DNA of 64,000 bases, taken from Syntrophorhabdaceae bacterium. GTDB taxonomy: Bacteria > Desulfobacterota > Syntrophorhabdia > Syntrophorhabdales > Syntrophorhabdaceae. Below are positions 38,724 to 48,452 of this stretch, piece after piece. Positions within the stretch are counted from its first letter, which is position 1. Every line of letters begins with the position of its first letter. Both the position numbers and the translations under genes were made by a program. The notes under the pieces were generated by a model. The model had not been told where the DNA came from, ran no database searches, and saw only the letters and a program-made list of their open reading frames with translations. The stretch spans positions 4,192,001-4,256,000 of the forward strand of contig OY762209.1 in the NCBI GenBank assembly GCA_963665295.1, in the 5' to 3' direction.

Positions 38724-40178
38724 TTGCCAAGACCGCCGGACAGGCCGGGGGAGGCGCGAGCACAGGAATGGTTCCCGTCACGGATATTGAACCCGGGAGC
38801 ACCTGTCAACGCATCCCCTTTGCCATCGGAAGTCGCGATGAAACTGACAAATATGAGGAATTCTGGAGTCTCTGATGAGTGGAAAATAGCCGTCCCGCAG
38901 GCACATGCACCTAAGGGCAATTGGTGGGAGATCTTCGGCGACCAGGAGCTAAACCGGCTGGAAGCCGAAGCCGCCGAGGCCAATCAGGACCTCGAGGCGG
39001 CCTACGCCCGCTTCAATCAGGCCCGTGCCGTTGCCGACGTGGCACGCTCCGGTTTCTTTCCCCGCTTAAGTGCCTCCTTTTTGCCGGTGGAGCAGCGCGA
39101 CTCCGAATACAGGCCTGTCGGGGGAAGACCGGGCCAGACCTACGACACCTTCACACTGCCTTTTGACCTGAGCTATGAGTTTGATCTCTGGGGGCGGATA
39201 CGGCGCACTGTCGAATCTGCTTCGGCTCAAGTGCAAGCCAGCGCGGACGATGTCGAGTCGGTAAGACTTGCCATGCAGGCAGAAGTGGCCGCCGACTATT
39301 TCGCGATTCGCGCCTTGGATTCGGACAAGGCTCTGCTCCTCTCGAGCATTCAGGTCTTCCGTAAGTCTCTCGAACTGGTTCGCAACCGAAGAGCGGGCGG
39401 CATGGTTTCCGATTTCCAGAACACAGAAGCTCAACTGCCCGATACTGCGCTGCAGCGGGCAAAGTTAGAGCACGCACTGGCCGTGTTGACCGGGAAAAAT
39501 GCATCTCTTTTCCGAGTGCCGGAGCGGCTACTCGACCTCAAGCCTCTCGTTGTTCCACCAGCGTTGCCCTCGGAACTGCTGGAGAGGAGGCCCGACATCG
39601 CAGGCGCCGAGCGCCGCATGTCCGCCGCAAATGCCAACATAGGCGTGGCCAAGGCAGCGTTTTTCCCGACCGTTAAGCTCAGTGCATCGGCCGGATTCCA
39701 AACCGGAGATTTGAACGCAAACAGAAACGCGAGCGACCTGTTTATGTTGCCGATGAGCCAGTTTTGGGCCGTTGGCCCATCTGTGACTCTCCCATTGTTC
39801 CAGGGAGGGCAGCTCATCGCCGGCCTCGGCCAGGCGAAAGCCGCCTACGAAGAAACGGTTGCCCGCTACCGCCAAACTGTACTCTCTGCTTTTGCTGACG
39901 TGGAAAATAATCTTGCCGCCGAGTATCTGCTGGCAAACCAATATGAAAAGGTAATGGCCGCGTCGAAGTCCGGGCGAAAACAGTTGGAAATTGCCAACAA
40001 TCGTTACGATGCAGGTCTCGTAACCTATCTTGAAGTAGCGACGGCTGAGAATACCTGGCTCGGAATCGAAAGAACCGCCACGCGCGTGCGCGGCCAGCAA
40101 CTTGTGGCGGTTGTGTCGCTGATCAAATCACTCGGGGGTGGCTGGCAACGGGCAAATAAAGATGGCGGAGGGATGTGA
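38724..40178 (+). pseudogene. Degenerate NodT/OprM-family outer-membrane efflux factor
   Basis: WWEIFGD, SYEFDLWG, PSELLERRPDI, LIKSLGGGW present; no signal peptide or lipobox; about 9-residue internal deletion at GMVSDF|QNTEAQ; no partner genes nearby. Confidence 0.7.
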
Positions 40179-40559
40179 TGTGCGAGGGGTTTACGGTATT
40201 ATAGGGTTGTTGGCATTTCGTTTATCCTGCTTTCCTACGAGGTTTCGTAAGCTGTGTATGCGTTCAATGGTTGACCGGACGCGAAGTCGATCGCCTTCTG
40301 CTTTGAAATACTCAATGCAGTACGCTTTAGATACACGCGAATCAAGGAGACATATCTGCTCCGAAACCTTGATGTCACAAAAAGGATCGTTGCCATGACT
40401 CCCCAAGACTGAGAGTCTCATGGACATAAGAACGTTGCCATGGTCCTGAATACCAGGCGTTTTATACGGCAAGGACTCTAGACGGGCATTATTGTTATAA
40501 TGTACATTATATAGATAGTCCTCTGTTGTGAAATATGCGCATCTGTGGGATAGGAGCGG

Positions 40560-40679
40560 ATGATGGAAATGTGGTTGGGAATCGGTGCGATGACGGTCTT
40601 TGTGGGCTGCGCAGTGGTCTGCTTCTGCCTGCGGGTCCGAAGCGTGAAACGTGGGCAGTGGATCGGGTCCTGCCGGTGA
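40560..40679 (+). CDS. Candidate 39-aa single-pass membrane peptide
   Basis: AGGAG RBS; MMEMWLGIGAMTVFVGCAVVCFCLRVRSVKRGQWIGSCR; TGnTATAAT upstream at about 40493-40501. Confidence 0.4.
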   Translation: MMEMWLGIGAMTVFVGCAVVCFCLRVRSVKRGQWIGSCR

Positions 40680-40861
40680 AGCTCGCCTCTTCCTCTGCCG
40701 GGGGCAGACGATGGAGACACGGGAAATCGGTACGAGGCATCCGAGCCGAACAATAGGTAGAAAGAAGAAGGGGCCATGAAGCATCACGGGCTCCTACGGG
40801 ACGGAAAGAAGGTTTACACCGAGGCACTATCTTAAACACTGACAAAGAAAAACGAAGAAAC

Positions 40862-41944
40862 CTAGTGTAGTGTCTCAGTAACGCCTTTACAGCGATTCAC
40901 TTTTTCAAGTATCTCCTCGGCCTTCCTGGTCCATACGAAGGGTTTGGGGTCTTCGTTGTTGCAGCGAATATATTCTTCGATGGCGGTCACCAGTTCCTGA
41001 ACGCTTTTGAAGATGCCGCGACGAATTCTCTTTCGTGTGATCTCCCCGAACCAGCGCTCCACCAGGTTAAGCCACGACGAGCTTGTGGGTGTAAAGTGGG
41101 GAACGAAACGGGGGTGTTTTTCGAGCCATGCTTTCACATTGGGGTGGGTATGAGTTCCGTAGTTGTCGAGAATCATATGGACATCGAGGCCCTTTGGCAC
41201 CTGACGGTCTATGGTACGCAGGAACTTAAGAAATTCGGTATTTCTGTGGCGGGGATAGCAGGAGCCTATGACTTTTCCTTCCAGAACATTGAGGGCGGCA
41301 AAAAGACAGGTAGTGCCGTTCCTTTTGTAGTCGTGGGTCATCGTGCCGCAGCGCCCCTTCTTCATCGGTAATCCCGGCTGGGTCCGGTCCAGGGCCTGCA
41401 CCTGGCTTTTCTCATCCACACAGAGTACCACCGCTTTGTCGGGAGGATTGAGATAGACGCCCACCACATCGGTCAGTTTCTCCACGAACTTCTTGTCTCT
41501 GGACAGCTTGAAAGTTTCTACCCGATGGGGCTGTAGTCCATGGGCATCCCAGATGCGCTGCACGGTGGCATGGCTCACGCCCTTCTCCTTTGCCATGGTG
41601 CGGGTGGACCACTGAGTAGCATCTTTGGGAGTTGTATGGAGCGTGGCTTCCACGATGGTGCGCACTATCTCCGGGTTAAGGCGCCTTGAACTCGGCCCAT
41701 GGGGTGCGTCCTCCGACAAACCGGAGGGGCCCTGTTCTCTGAAGCGGCCTACCCACAAGATCACCGTAGGGCGGGAGGTATTGAGCCTCTTCGCTATGGC
41801 GTTATGGGACATCCCTTCTGCCGCGAGCAGGCAGATGCGGGAGCGTAGAACCACCCTTTGGGGAGTCTTCTTTGCTTTGACCCATGTTTCCAATGTCTTT
41901 CTCTGCTCTTCCGTCATGTCTAGCGTACTGGCTGGATTCCACAT
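40862..41944 (-). CDS. IS630-family transposase
   Basis: CVDEKSQ, HDYKRNGT, ILDNYGTH, SSWLNLVERWF, PFVWT. Confidence 0.95.
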   Translation of the reverse strand: MWNPASTLDMTEEQRKTLETWVKAKKTPQRVVLRSRICLLAAEGMSHNAIAKRLNTSRPTVILWVGRFREQGPSGLSEDAPHGPSSRRLNPEIVRTIVEATLHTTPKDATQWSTRTMAKEKGVSHATVQRIWDAHGLQPHRVETFKLSRDKKFVEKLTDVVGVYLNPPDKAVVLCVDEKSQVQALDRTQPGLPMKKGRCGTMTHDYKRNGTTCLFAALNVLEGKVIGSCYPRHRNTEFLKFLRTIDRQVPKGLDVHMILDNYGTHTHPNVKAWLEKHPRFVPHFTPTSSSWLNLVERWFGEITRKRIRRGIFKSVQELVTAIEEYIRCNNEDPKPFVWTRKAEEILEKVNRCKGVTETLH

Positions 41945-42001
41945 GCACTATGATAGCATAGCCAAGGGTAATAGTAAAGCTATTAGTGAGCCAGTACACT
42001 A
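40863..42001 (-). mobile_element. Complete IS630-family insertion sequence (coordinates include both TA copies)
   Basis: Ends CTAGTGTAGTGTCTCAGTAA and reverse-complement CTAGTGTACTGGCTCACTAA (17/20 match); TA duplicated within CTAG. Confidence 0.9.
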
Positions 42002-42152
42002 GGGTGCGTCTGTCAGGAGCGCAAAGTCAATTGGGAAAAGGACGGGATGCGGGAATCAGGCGGCCTGCCGTTCCCTTTCTCGGTGGGTGCATCCGATTCA
42101 CGGTGTTACGCTACGGAAGGCCCCCGAAGCGAATGCATTTTTCGCTGATGGA

Positions 42153-42527
42153 TCAGTAAATGGAGCGGATCCTGCCGGTTCTTCTGTCAATAATCACCTT
42201 GTCGATAAGCTTGCCGTCAGGACCGGCTATATCCGCCTCGAAGTACCACTTTTTTCTCTCGACGTTTGTGACCTGCACTGCCTGACCGGAGTCGGCAAAG
42301 TACGCCTCGATCGCTTGTTTTGCTTCCTCGGCGGTTTTCATCACCTTCCGTTGACCATAAGGACCGCCCCCTCGCGGGCCGGGGCAGGGACGTCCATAAG
42401 ACATGTTCTCGTACGAGTCCTGGCCTTCCTGGCCCTTGAACCCCCGACCTCTGCCCTGTGCTTCAGATGTCAGGGGCGCAATCAGCGTAGCTATTAAGAA
42501 GATCATGAAAACTACCATTTTGTACAC
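42153..42527 (-). CDS. Exported PepSY-like protein with Gly-rich linker
   Basis: Signal peptide (SEA); TAEEAKQAIE...YFEADI...IIDRRTGRI. Confidence 0.75.
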   Translation of the reverse strand: MYKMVVFMIFLIATLIAPLTSEAQGRGRGFKGQEGQDSYENMSYGRPCPGPRGGGPYGQRKVMKTAEEAKQAIEAYFADSGQAVQVTNVERKKWYFEADIAGPDGKLIDKVIIDRRTGRIRSIY

Positions 42528-42593
42528 TGTCGCCCCCTTTTGATACGGACCCCGGAGACTTGAGGGGCCCGTATCATAACCTTTTTCTAAATT

Positions 42594-43049
42594 CTACCAC
42601 ATGGGACAGTTGCCATAACCACGGCCACCGTAGCCTTGACCACCGTGGCCACGACCACCCATCATTCCTCCATAACCAGGACCACGCCCTGCCATCCCTC
42701 GGCCATAACCTGCCGCAGGCAAGCCCTGCTTTTCAGCTACGGTCTGGACCTTGGCACGAAGATCAATTATCTCTTTTTGAAGCGTTGCGATCCGATTCTG
42801 GTCAGGCTTCTCCTTTGCATACTCGTTCCTGATCTCCACGCGCTTAACCAACATCTCGTCCCGTAACGGGAGGGTCTCTTTCTGGAATTTCGTGAACGCA
42901 TTCACATCGACCTGCTGGCCGGCCGCAGGACCATACCCGTAACCGCGAGGACCGGGGCCGTAACCTTGTCCCCATCCTGCGAACGCTGAACTACCCAGAA
43001 GAACCAATCCGACTGTCACTGCCAAAGCCACTACCGATGTCTTTTTCAT
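42594..43049 (-). CDS. ZraP/CpxP/Spy-like periplasmic protein
   Basis: Signal peptide (AFA); KFQKETLPLRDEM...KPDQNRIATLQKEI; G/M/Y-rich tails; AGGAGG RBS. Confidence 0.85.
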   Translation of the reverse strand: MKKTSVVALAVTVGLVLLGSSAFAGWGQGYGPGPRGYGYGPAAGQQVDVNAFTKFQKETLPLRDEMLVKRVEIRNEYAKEKPDQNRIATLQKEIIDLRAKVQTVAEKQGLPAAGYGRGMAGRGPGYGGMMGGRGHGGQGYGGRGYGNCPMW

Positions 43050-43122
43050 TTCTTCTTTCCTCCTTCTTTAGGATTATTCATATACCCAGTATAAAGGAAG
43101 AAGGTGAAGGGGCAGCGAAGAG

Positions 43123-43140
43123 ATTGTGAAGAATTGTGAA
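43123..43140 (-). promoter_or_regulatory. Tandem direct repeat, candidate OmpR-family regulator site
   Basis: TTCACAAT-tc-TTCACAAT (minus strand), 10-bp period, about 75 bp upstream of the ZraP-like start. Confidence 0.5.
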
Positions 43141-43309
43141 AACCTCATCTTCGTGTGCATAAAAGATAAGGGTTGACCTATGCAATTTCACAATTTGATG
43201 ATCGTTGTTGAAGCCCCGTTTTTAACCCCTCAAAGGCGGATATTGGGGGCGACCCTTTGGCGGACGGACTGGTATTCTCAGCGCGAGACGACTCTTCGGT
43301 TACCACTCT

Positions 43310-43951
43310 TTACAGCCGTTCCTGAGTTGCGCGGTCGTCAGGTGCAAGGCCTTTGTCCGAGGGCTCGTACATTTCCTCACCCTGGCAGGCGAGGCACAAA
43401 GCCCCATCCGCAATCGGGTAGGATTCCATACACTGAGGGCAGATCGCAAACCCGCCGCGGTGTTTCTTTCCCCTCAGATGGGATGCAACTTTTACGTTCC
43501 TGATGCTGCAGATATCCGCCCCCGCTGTTTTTATCTCGTGGAGCAACCTCTCGAAATCCTGTTCCTGCTTGGTCTTCAGCTTGTAGAACCAGGCTTTGAT
43601 CTCCTGCCATTCTTCCAACTTTACCGCATCGATGAAGATGCGTATTCCTTCCCCGGTCTCCTTGTCATAGAGAGTGAGCGCGAACCGTCCCACATTAACG
43701 GTGGTGAGAAACCCATTGCCGAGGGTGCAGGGGGTGAGAAGCTGAACGGCATCGGGGAGGCATTTGAAAGTTTCGCAGAGTGCATCGAATATCCGCCCTT
43801 CAGGAAGGAGGCGACGTGCATGGTCCACCATGAAGCCCCCGATAAGCACGCCCGGCGCCGCGAACCCATGAAAAGACCTCACCATCTCGACAAAGTCCTC
43901 GAAGGTTTTATCCACGATCATCACCGCTGATTCCTTTGGGTATGCTTCCAT
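43310..43951 (-). CDS. FmdE-family protein with C-terminal zinc finger
   Basis: FHGFAAPGVLIG, KCLPDAVQLLTPCTLGNG, CPQC...CLACQ. Confidence 0.88.
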   Translation of the reverse strand: MEAYPKESAVMIVDKTFEDFVEMVRSFHGFAAPGVLIGGFMVDHARRLLPEGRIFDALCETFKCLPDAVQLLTPCTLGNGFLTTVNVGRFALTLYDKETGEGIRIFIDAVKLEEWQEIKAWFYKLKTKQEQDFERLLHEIKTAGADICSIRNVKVASHLRGKKHRGGFAICPQCMESYPIADGALCLACQGEEMYEPSDKGLAPDDRATQERL

Positions 43952-43971
43952 CGCCTCCATATTTTCGTCCT

Positions 43972-46900
43972 CTACACTTTGATAAGCTTAACCTTCGTGT
44001 CGTAGAAGGAGACGCTCCCGCCGATGGGGTCGAGCATGCACGTGTTCTTGAGGTAGGGGTCTACCCACATGGCCGCGTTCGCATGCACCCCTGTCGCCCT
44101 TCTCGGGTCCCCCTTGACCACGGCGCCGTCAATGGTGACATCCACCGCTCCTGTTGCCCAGTGGCCGTATCCGAGCGTGAAGGTCACCACTCCGGGCATG
44201 ATCGTCTCCGTAACCTGTGCCTTCCCGACCATCGGCTTTATTGTGCCGTTCTTGAAATCCCAGGTTCCGTTCGGGTTGGTGGCCGACACTACCTTCACGA
44301 GGTCACCGTTCTTTATTCCCAGGTTCTTTGCGTCGACCGGGTTGATGACGATGCCGTTCTCGGGAACGAGGCTCAGGAGCCAGTAGTCGGGCGCGGTGCG
44401 TGATTTCGTCATCACCACGTCCTTCTGAGTTATCAGGCAGAGCGGATAGCCCTCCTCGAGGCCCGCTTCTTTCGGGGATTTTCCAAGTGTCGTCGCTACG
44501 GGAACATAAGCGGCATATCCACCGTTCCGTTTGCCGGTAAAGGCGTTCTTTGTGCCGGCAGTCTTCTCCTGGTACATGTTGATCGCCCTGCCGTACTTGT
44601 TCGCCACCTGGTCACCCTTGTAGATGTCCTTGTAATCCTGGTACCTGCCTCCCCTGTTGAGCACGTACACGACCTTTCTCCACGCGGGACCGGCCGTTTT
44701 CTCCCACCGGGCAGCATCGAATATCCTCTTCGGAAGGTGCTTCCGGGAGTCTACAAAAAGTTTCACTTCCCGGTCATCGGCGTCAGGCACGGGTGAGCCG
44801 TCCGTGGCGATGTTCGCCACCATTCGGATGTAGAAATCGTCGGGCCTGGTAAAATCCTGTCCTTTGGCGAAGCCGTCCCTGCCGAAGCCGGGCATCCCCA
44901 GTTTCTCCGCCAGGGCGAGCAGCACCGCTTCGAAGGAACAGGCCATCTCCTCGCCGAAGACTTTCACCGTCTCGGCAAGGGGCGCGATAACGGGCTGCCT
45001 CACAGGCTGGACCTTGGAAGGCATGTTCGGATGGGACCCGTGGAATTCCCAGCGTTCGAGGTAGCTTTCGCTCGGGAAGATGTAGTCGGCATACATGGTG
45101 GTGGAGCCCACGACCACGTCGGTAGTGAAGTAGAGCGGAATCTTGGTGAGGTCCGTCAGGATTTCGATATTGGTATGGCCAGAGGGCAAAGAGTAGACGG
45201 GTGTGCCCATGTAACTGAAAACCGCCTTCACGGGATAAGGGTACGCATCGCCCATGGACGGCATGATCTCCTCGTAGACATCGCTCGCGAGAGGATACCA
45301 GTTTCTCTTCGCAGGGTAGCCCTGGAACAGAGTAGTGTCCTCGTATTTCACGTCGTGCCTGATAACACTTATACCGAACCTCGTAGTTTTCCCCGGGGCC
45401 AGCTTGGCGAAGTCAAAGGGCTGGCCCTCTTTTCCACCTGTGGTATTGTAGGTGGAGAGGGCAATCATGCCGCCTTTCCAGTCGAAGTTCCCGAGAAGGA
45501 GGTTGATCACCATGGCGGAGGTGACATTGTAGAATCCGTTTGTATGCTGCGCCACGCCCCTGTGGACGTCCACCGCCGCCCTTTTGCCGTAGCTGGTGAG
45601 TTCTTTTGCGGTAAGCTCTATATCCTTGACGGGAATACCACAGATACTCGACCACTCCTCCATGGTGCGCTGGTTGGCGGATTCGAGAAGGATCCGGAGA
45701 CCGCTTTTCACCTTTATTCCCTTGATTTCCGTATCGACGAGGAGATCACCGGTGACGGGGTTCTTTTCATCATTGGGGTCAACGGCGACGGGCTTTCCCT
45801 CTTTCATCACCACGAGGTATTCGAAGCTCTGTTCCTTGCCGTCCTTCGTCTTCCTCTTTTGCACATCGGCCACACCGATTTCATGGGCTCTCAGGAATTT
45901 GCCCGGCTTTCCGTCCTTCTCGATCTTCACCAGGGGAACGGCGTTTGTCCAGGTGGGCTCGTTCGCCGCCTTCGCGGCGGCCCTGTTGGCATTGGCCAGA
46001 TACTTTGCGTCGTACGTCTTGTCTCTCAGGATAGCTTGGATGAGCCCCATGAAGAATGCTCCGTCCGTTCCCGGCTTGATCGCCATGTACCGGTTCGCCT
46101 TCGAGGCTGCCTTATTGAACCTGGGGTCCACAACTACAAGTTTTGTTTTTCCTTCGGCAACATTGGGGACAATACGGCTGTTGCGGTTGGGTGGCCCATA
46201 ATTAGCGTCAAAGAGATTCGATCCCACGGAAAGTATGTACCGGGAGTTCAACGCGTCCGCCTGCCAGTAGAACTTCGGCCCGCCGGTGAACCTGTTGAAC
46301 TCGTACTGCTCGCTCATGGCCTTGCAGGTGAAGTAAAGAGACCCCTGGCACACGGTGGTATGGCCGTGCATGTTCACGGTGCCGAAGTAATCGCCGAAAA
46401 AGCGCGCTCCGAAATCGCTTCTCCCGCCTTTCAATCTTCCCCACCAGTATACCATCTGGTTGTTCTTGGGGCCCAGGTCCGGATGGTCCGGGTCTATAAG
46501 GTAATGGAGGCTGGTCGCATGTTTCGTCTTGAATTCTTCCACCGCCCTCTTCTTGTCTTTGGCGGAAAGGATGGCATTTGCATCCACTGCCATCTCTTTG
46601 GCTATTTTTGGGTCTCTGAGTACATAAATGTCCTTGAGGCCCGTTACCTCCCTGTTCTCTTCGCCCGGGACGCGGGCAAAGATCTTCCCGCCGTTCACGA
46701 TCTCGCTGATTGCCTGGTCGAAAGGAACGGAGATCCACTTGTTTTCTCCACGCTTGCCGGCCCGTTTCAGCACCTTCGTGACCCTGTAGGGGTCGTAGGC
46801 GGTCTGGATACCCGCCTGCCCCTTCGGACATATGGCCGAATCGACGGTATTCACGTCGAGGGGCGACGACGAGTATGGGATGTTCGGCAGGGCGGCAAAA

Positions 46901-47196
46901 GGACAGTAAGGGTTGCCGTCGATCTTGAGGGCCACCGCATTCCCGTTCTTCCTGAACAGCTTTACCTTTATGCCGCATCCCGTGTTGCACTGCAGGCAGA
47001 CCGTGTAAAGGGTATTTTCTGGTTTTACAAGCTCGTATGCCTCTTCCGGGGTTAACTGTCCCGCTTCGGCCCGGCGAATCAGGTCCGAGGCCCAGTCAAA
47101 CTGGGAAGCCATGAGGGAGCCGCCGAGGATTGCGGAACCTTTAATGAAATCTCTCCTGGTTACGCCCTTGTTATCTGAATTCTTCTTCGCGCTCAT
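43972..47196 (-). CDS. Tat-exported molybdopterin oxidoreductase, tetrathionate/selenate reductase (TtrA/SrdA)-like catalytic subunit
   Basis: Tat motif TRRDFIK; CLQCNTGC...CPKG Fe-S site; YDPYRV; HGHTTVC; VVVDPR; YADYIFP..SYLERW; C-terminal INPVDA...GYGHW. Confidence 0.88.
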   Translation of the reverse strand: MSAKKNSDNKGVTRRDFIKGSAILGGSLMASQFDWASDLIRRAEAGQLTPEEAYELVKPENTLYTVCLQCNTGCGIKVKLFRKNGNAVALKIDGNPYCPFAALPNIPYSSSPLDVNTVDSAICPKGQAGIQTAYDPYRVTKVLKRAGKRGENKWISVPFDQAISEIVNGGKIFARVPGEENREVTGLKDIYVLRDPKIAKEMAVDANAILSAKDKKRAVEEFKTKHATSLHYLIDPDHPDLGPKNNQMVYWWGRLKGGRSDFGARFFGDYFGTVNMHGHTTVCQGSLYFTCKAMSEQYEFNRFTGGPKFYWQADALNSRYILSVGSNLFDANYGPPNRNSRIVPNVAEGKTKLVVVDPRFNKAASKANRYMAIKPGTDGAFFMGLIQAILRDKTYDAKYLANANRAAAKAANEPTWTNAVPLVKIEKDGKPGKFLRAHEIGVADVQKRKTKDGKEQSFEYLVVMKEGKPVAVDPNDEKNPVTGDLLVDTEIKGIKVKSGLRILLESANQRTMEEWSSICGIPVKDIELTAKELTSYGKRAAVDVHRGVAQHTNGFYNVTSAMVINLLLGNFDWKGGMIALSTYNTTGGKEGQPFDFAKLAPGKTTRFGISVIRHDVKYEDTTLFQGYPAKRNWYPLASDVYEEIMPSMGDAYPYPVKAVFSYMGTPVYSLPSGHTNIEILTDLTKIPLYFTTDVVVGSTTMYADYIFPSESYLERWEFHGSHPNMPSKVQPVRQPVIAPLAETVKVFGEEMACSFEAVLLALAEKLGMPGFGRDGFAKGQDFTRPDDFYIRMVANIATDGSPVPDADDREVKLFVDSRKHLPKRIFDAARWEKTAGPAWRKVVYVLNRGGRYQDYKDIYKGDQVANKYGRAINMYQEKTAGTKNAFTGKRNGGYAAYVPVATTLGKSPKEAGLEEGYPLCLITQKDVVMTKSRTAPDYWLLSLVPENGIVINPVDAKNLGIKNGDLVKVVSATNPNGTWDFKNGTIKPMVGKAQVTETIMPGVVTFTLGYGHWATGAVDVTIDGAVVKGDPRRATGVHANAAMWVDPYLKNTCMLDPIGGSVSFYDTKVKLIKV

Positions 47197-47207
47197 TCTT
47201 GACCCCC

Positions 47208-48050
47208 TCAGGATAATATATAGAAGACTCTCGGTTTGGCTGCAGCAGCTTCGGAAAATACCGGGGTTTTACCTGGATAACCTACCATGCCCGCGATCTC
47301 CTGTGCGCTTTTGCCCTTGAGACTCACGTGGGAGAGCGCTTCGTTGCCATTGCTCTTTACAGACTTCAGCACCATCACCTTGTTGTTTTTCATCATTTTG
47401 TAAAGCAGGCTTTCCTTGTCATCGAGATCGCCAAAGAAGTTCGCCCTGGTCGGACAGGTGCTCACACAGGCCGGAAGCATACCCGCTTTGATCCTGTGGA
47501 GGCAGAAGTGACATTTTCTCGCAGCCCCGATGGGGAGCTGATTTTTCTCACGGGGCCATTTTCTGCTGTACTCCCAGGTGGGGTCCTTTTCGTACTCTTC
47601 AACTTTCGGAGTCCCCTGCGTATAGAAGGCCCCGGCGTCGAGACTCCTTGCCTTGTACGGGCAGGCCAGGACGCAGCGTCCGCAGCCGATGCACTGCTCA
47701 TAATTGATCATCACGATACCGGCGCTCACGCCTTTTGTGCTCTTCCAGGTGGCTTTTCCTTCTCCCTTGTTCGGACAGACGGCTACGCAGGGAGGGTTGT
47801 CGCATTGATTGCAGAGCCTCGGGGTGTATCGCATTTTTACCTGAGGGAATACTCCTGACTCTTCCTCGTAGATGGGCCGGTACATGATCCCCGGGGGGCT
47901 CTTCTGTTCCGCGACACAGCTTGCGGTGCAGGCCTTGCAGGAAGTGCACCTCCTGAGGTCGATGAGCATGCCCCAGCGGGGATTATTCTTTTTCAACGCC
48001 CTTTTGATGTCTTCCTGGATGATCGACAGCTCGTCTTTGCCCTGATACAT
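47208..48050 (-). CDS. 4x[4Fe-4S] electron-transfer subunit (TtrB/DmsB/NrfC-like)
   Basis: GMLIDLRRCTSCKAC, CNQCDNPPC, CIGCGRC..CPY, KCHFC...PACV..CP; no signal peptide. Confidence 0.92.
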   Translation of the reverse strand: MYQGKDELSIIQEDIKRALKKNNPRWGMLIDLRRCTSCKACTASCVAEQKSPPGIMYRPIYEEESGVFPQVKMRYTPRLCNQCDNPPCVAVCPNKGEGKATWKSTKGVSAGIVMINYEQCIGCGRCVLACPYKARSLDAGAFYTQGTPKVEEYEKDPTWEYSRKWPREKNQLPIGAARKCHFCLHRIKAGMLPACVSTCPTRANFFGDLDDKESLLYKMMKNNKVMVLKSVKSNGNEALSHVSLKGKSAQEIAGMVGYPGKTPVFSEAAAAKPRVFYILS

Positions 48051-48063
48051 GAGCCTACCTCCC

Positions 48064-48369
48064 TCATTTCTTGTGGCAGTTGGCACAATTCGATTTGGTA
48101 TCGAAAGCCTGTTTGCCGTTGTGACAGGCGCCGCATGATTTGCCTTTCTGCATTTGCGCCATGGTAACTCTCTTGTCTTTTGCTTTTGTCACATAGAGAC
48201 TGTCGTGGCAGTCCGTGCATTGGAGATTTGTCACGTGGGTATCGTGATGGAATATCACTTCTCCTGGTTTACCCCCCTTGAAACGAACGTCTCCACCTCC
48301 TACCATGGCGACACCAGCAGAAACTAAAATCACGGACAACAGGGTGATAATGCATAATATTCTCACCAT
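48064..48369 (-). CDS. Periplasmic triheme cytochrome c7-type protein
   Basis: Signal peptide; FHHDTH, CTDCH, TMAQM..GKSCGACH, CANCH. Confidence 0.9.
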   Translation of the reverse strand: MVRILCIITLLSVILVSAGVAMVGGGDVRFKGGKPGEVIFHHDTHVTNLQCTDCHDSLYVTKAKDKRVTMAQMQKGKSCGACHNGKQAFDTKSNCANCHKK

Positions 48370-48423
48370 AAAATCCCCCTTTATTCGCAAAGGTCAACGC
48401 CAATAATGCATGCAAGATGCCTT

Positions 48424-48452
48424 AATTTAAGCACATACAGGAGTATCGTCAA
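48424..48452 (-). promoter_or_regulatory. Putative sigma70 promoter of the cytochrome-Ttr-like operon
   Basis: TTGACG-N17-TAAATT on the minus strand, 55 bp upstream of the cytochrome ATG. Confidence 0.5.

Noticed and set aside
37291..38790. 499-aa plus-strand ORF
   Set aside because: Antisense shadow of gabD.
40191..40787. 198-aa minus-strand ORF
   Set aside because: No RBS, motifs or protein-like composition; it crosses an AT-rich promoter-like segment.
45031..47055. 674-aa plus-strand ORF
   Set aside because: Antisense shadow of the molybdopterin oxidoreductase.
43972..47196. Assigning ttrA/arrA or a selenocysteine ligand
   Set aside because: Substrate cannot be read from motifs; the ORF has no in-frame TGA and the candidate ligand is Cys.
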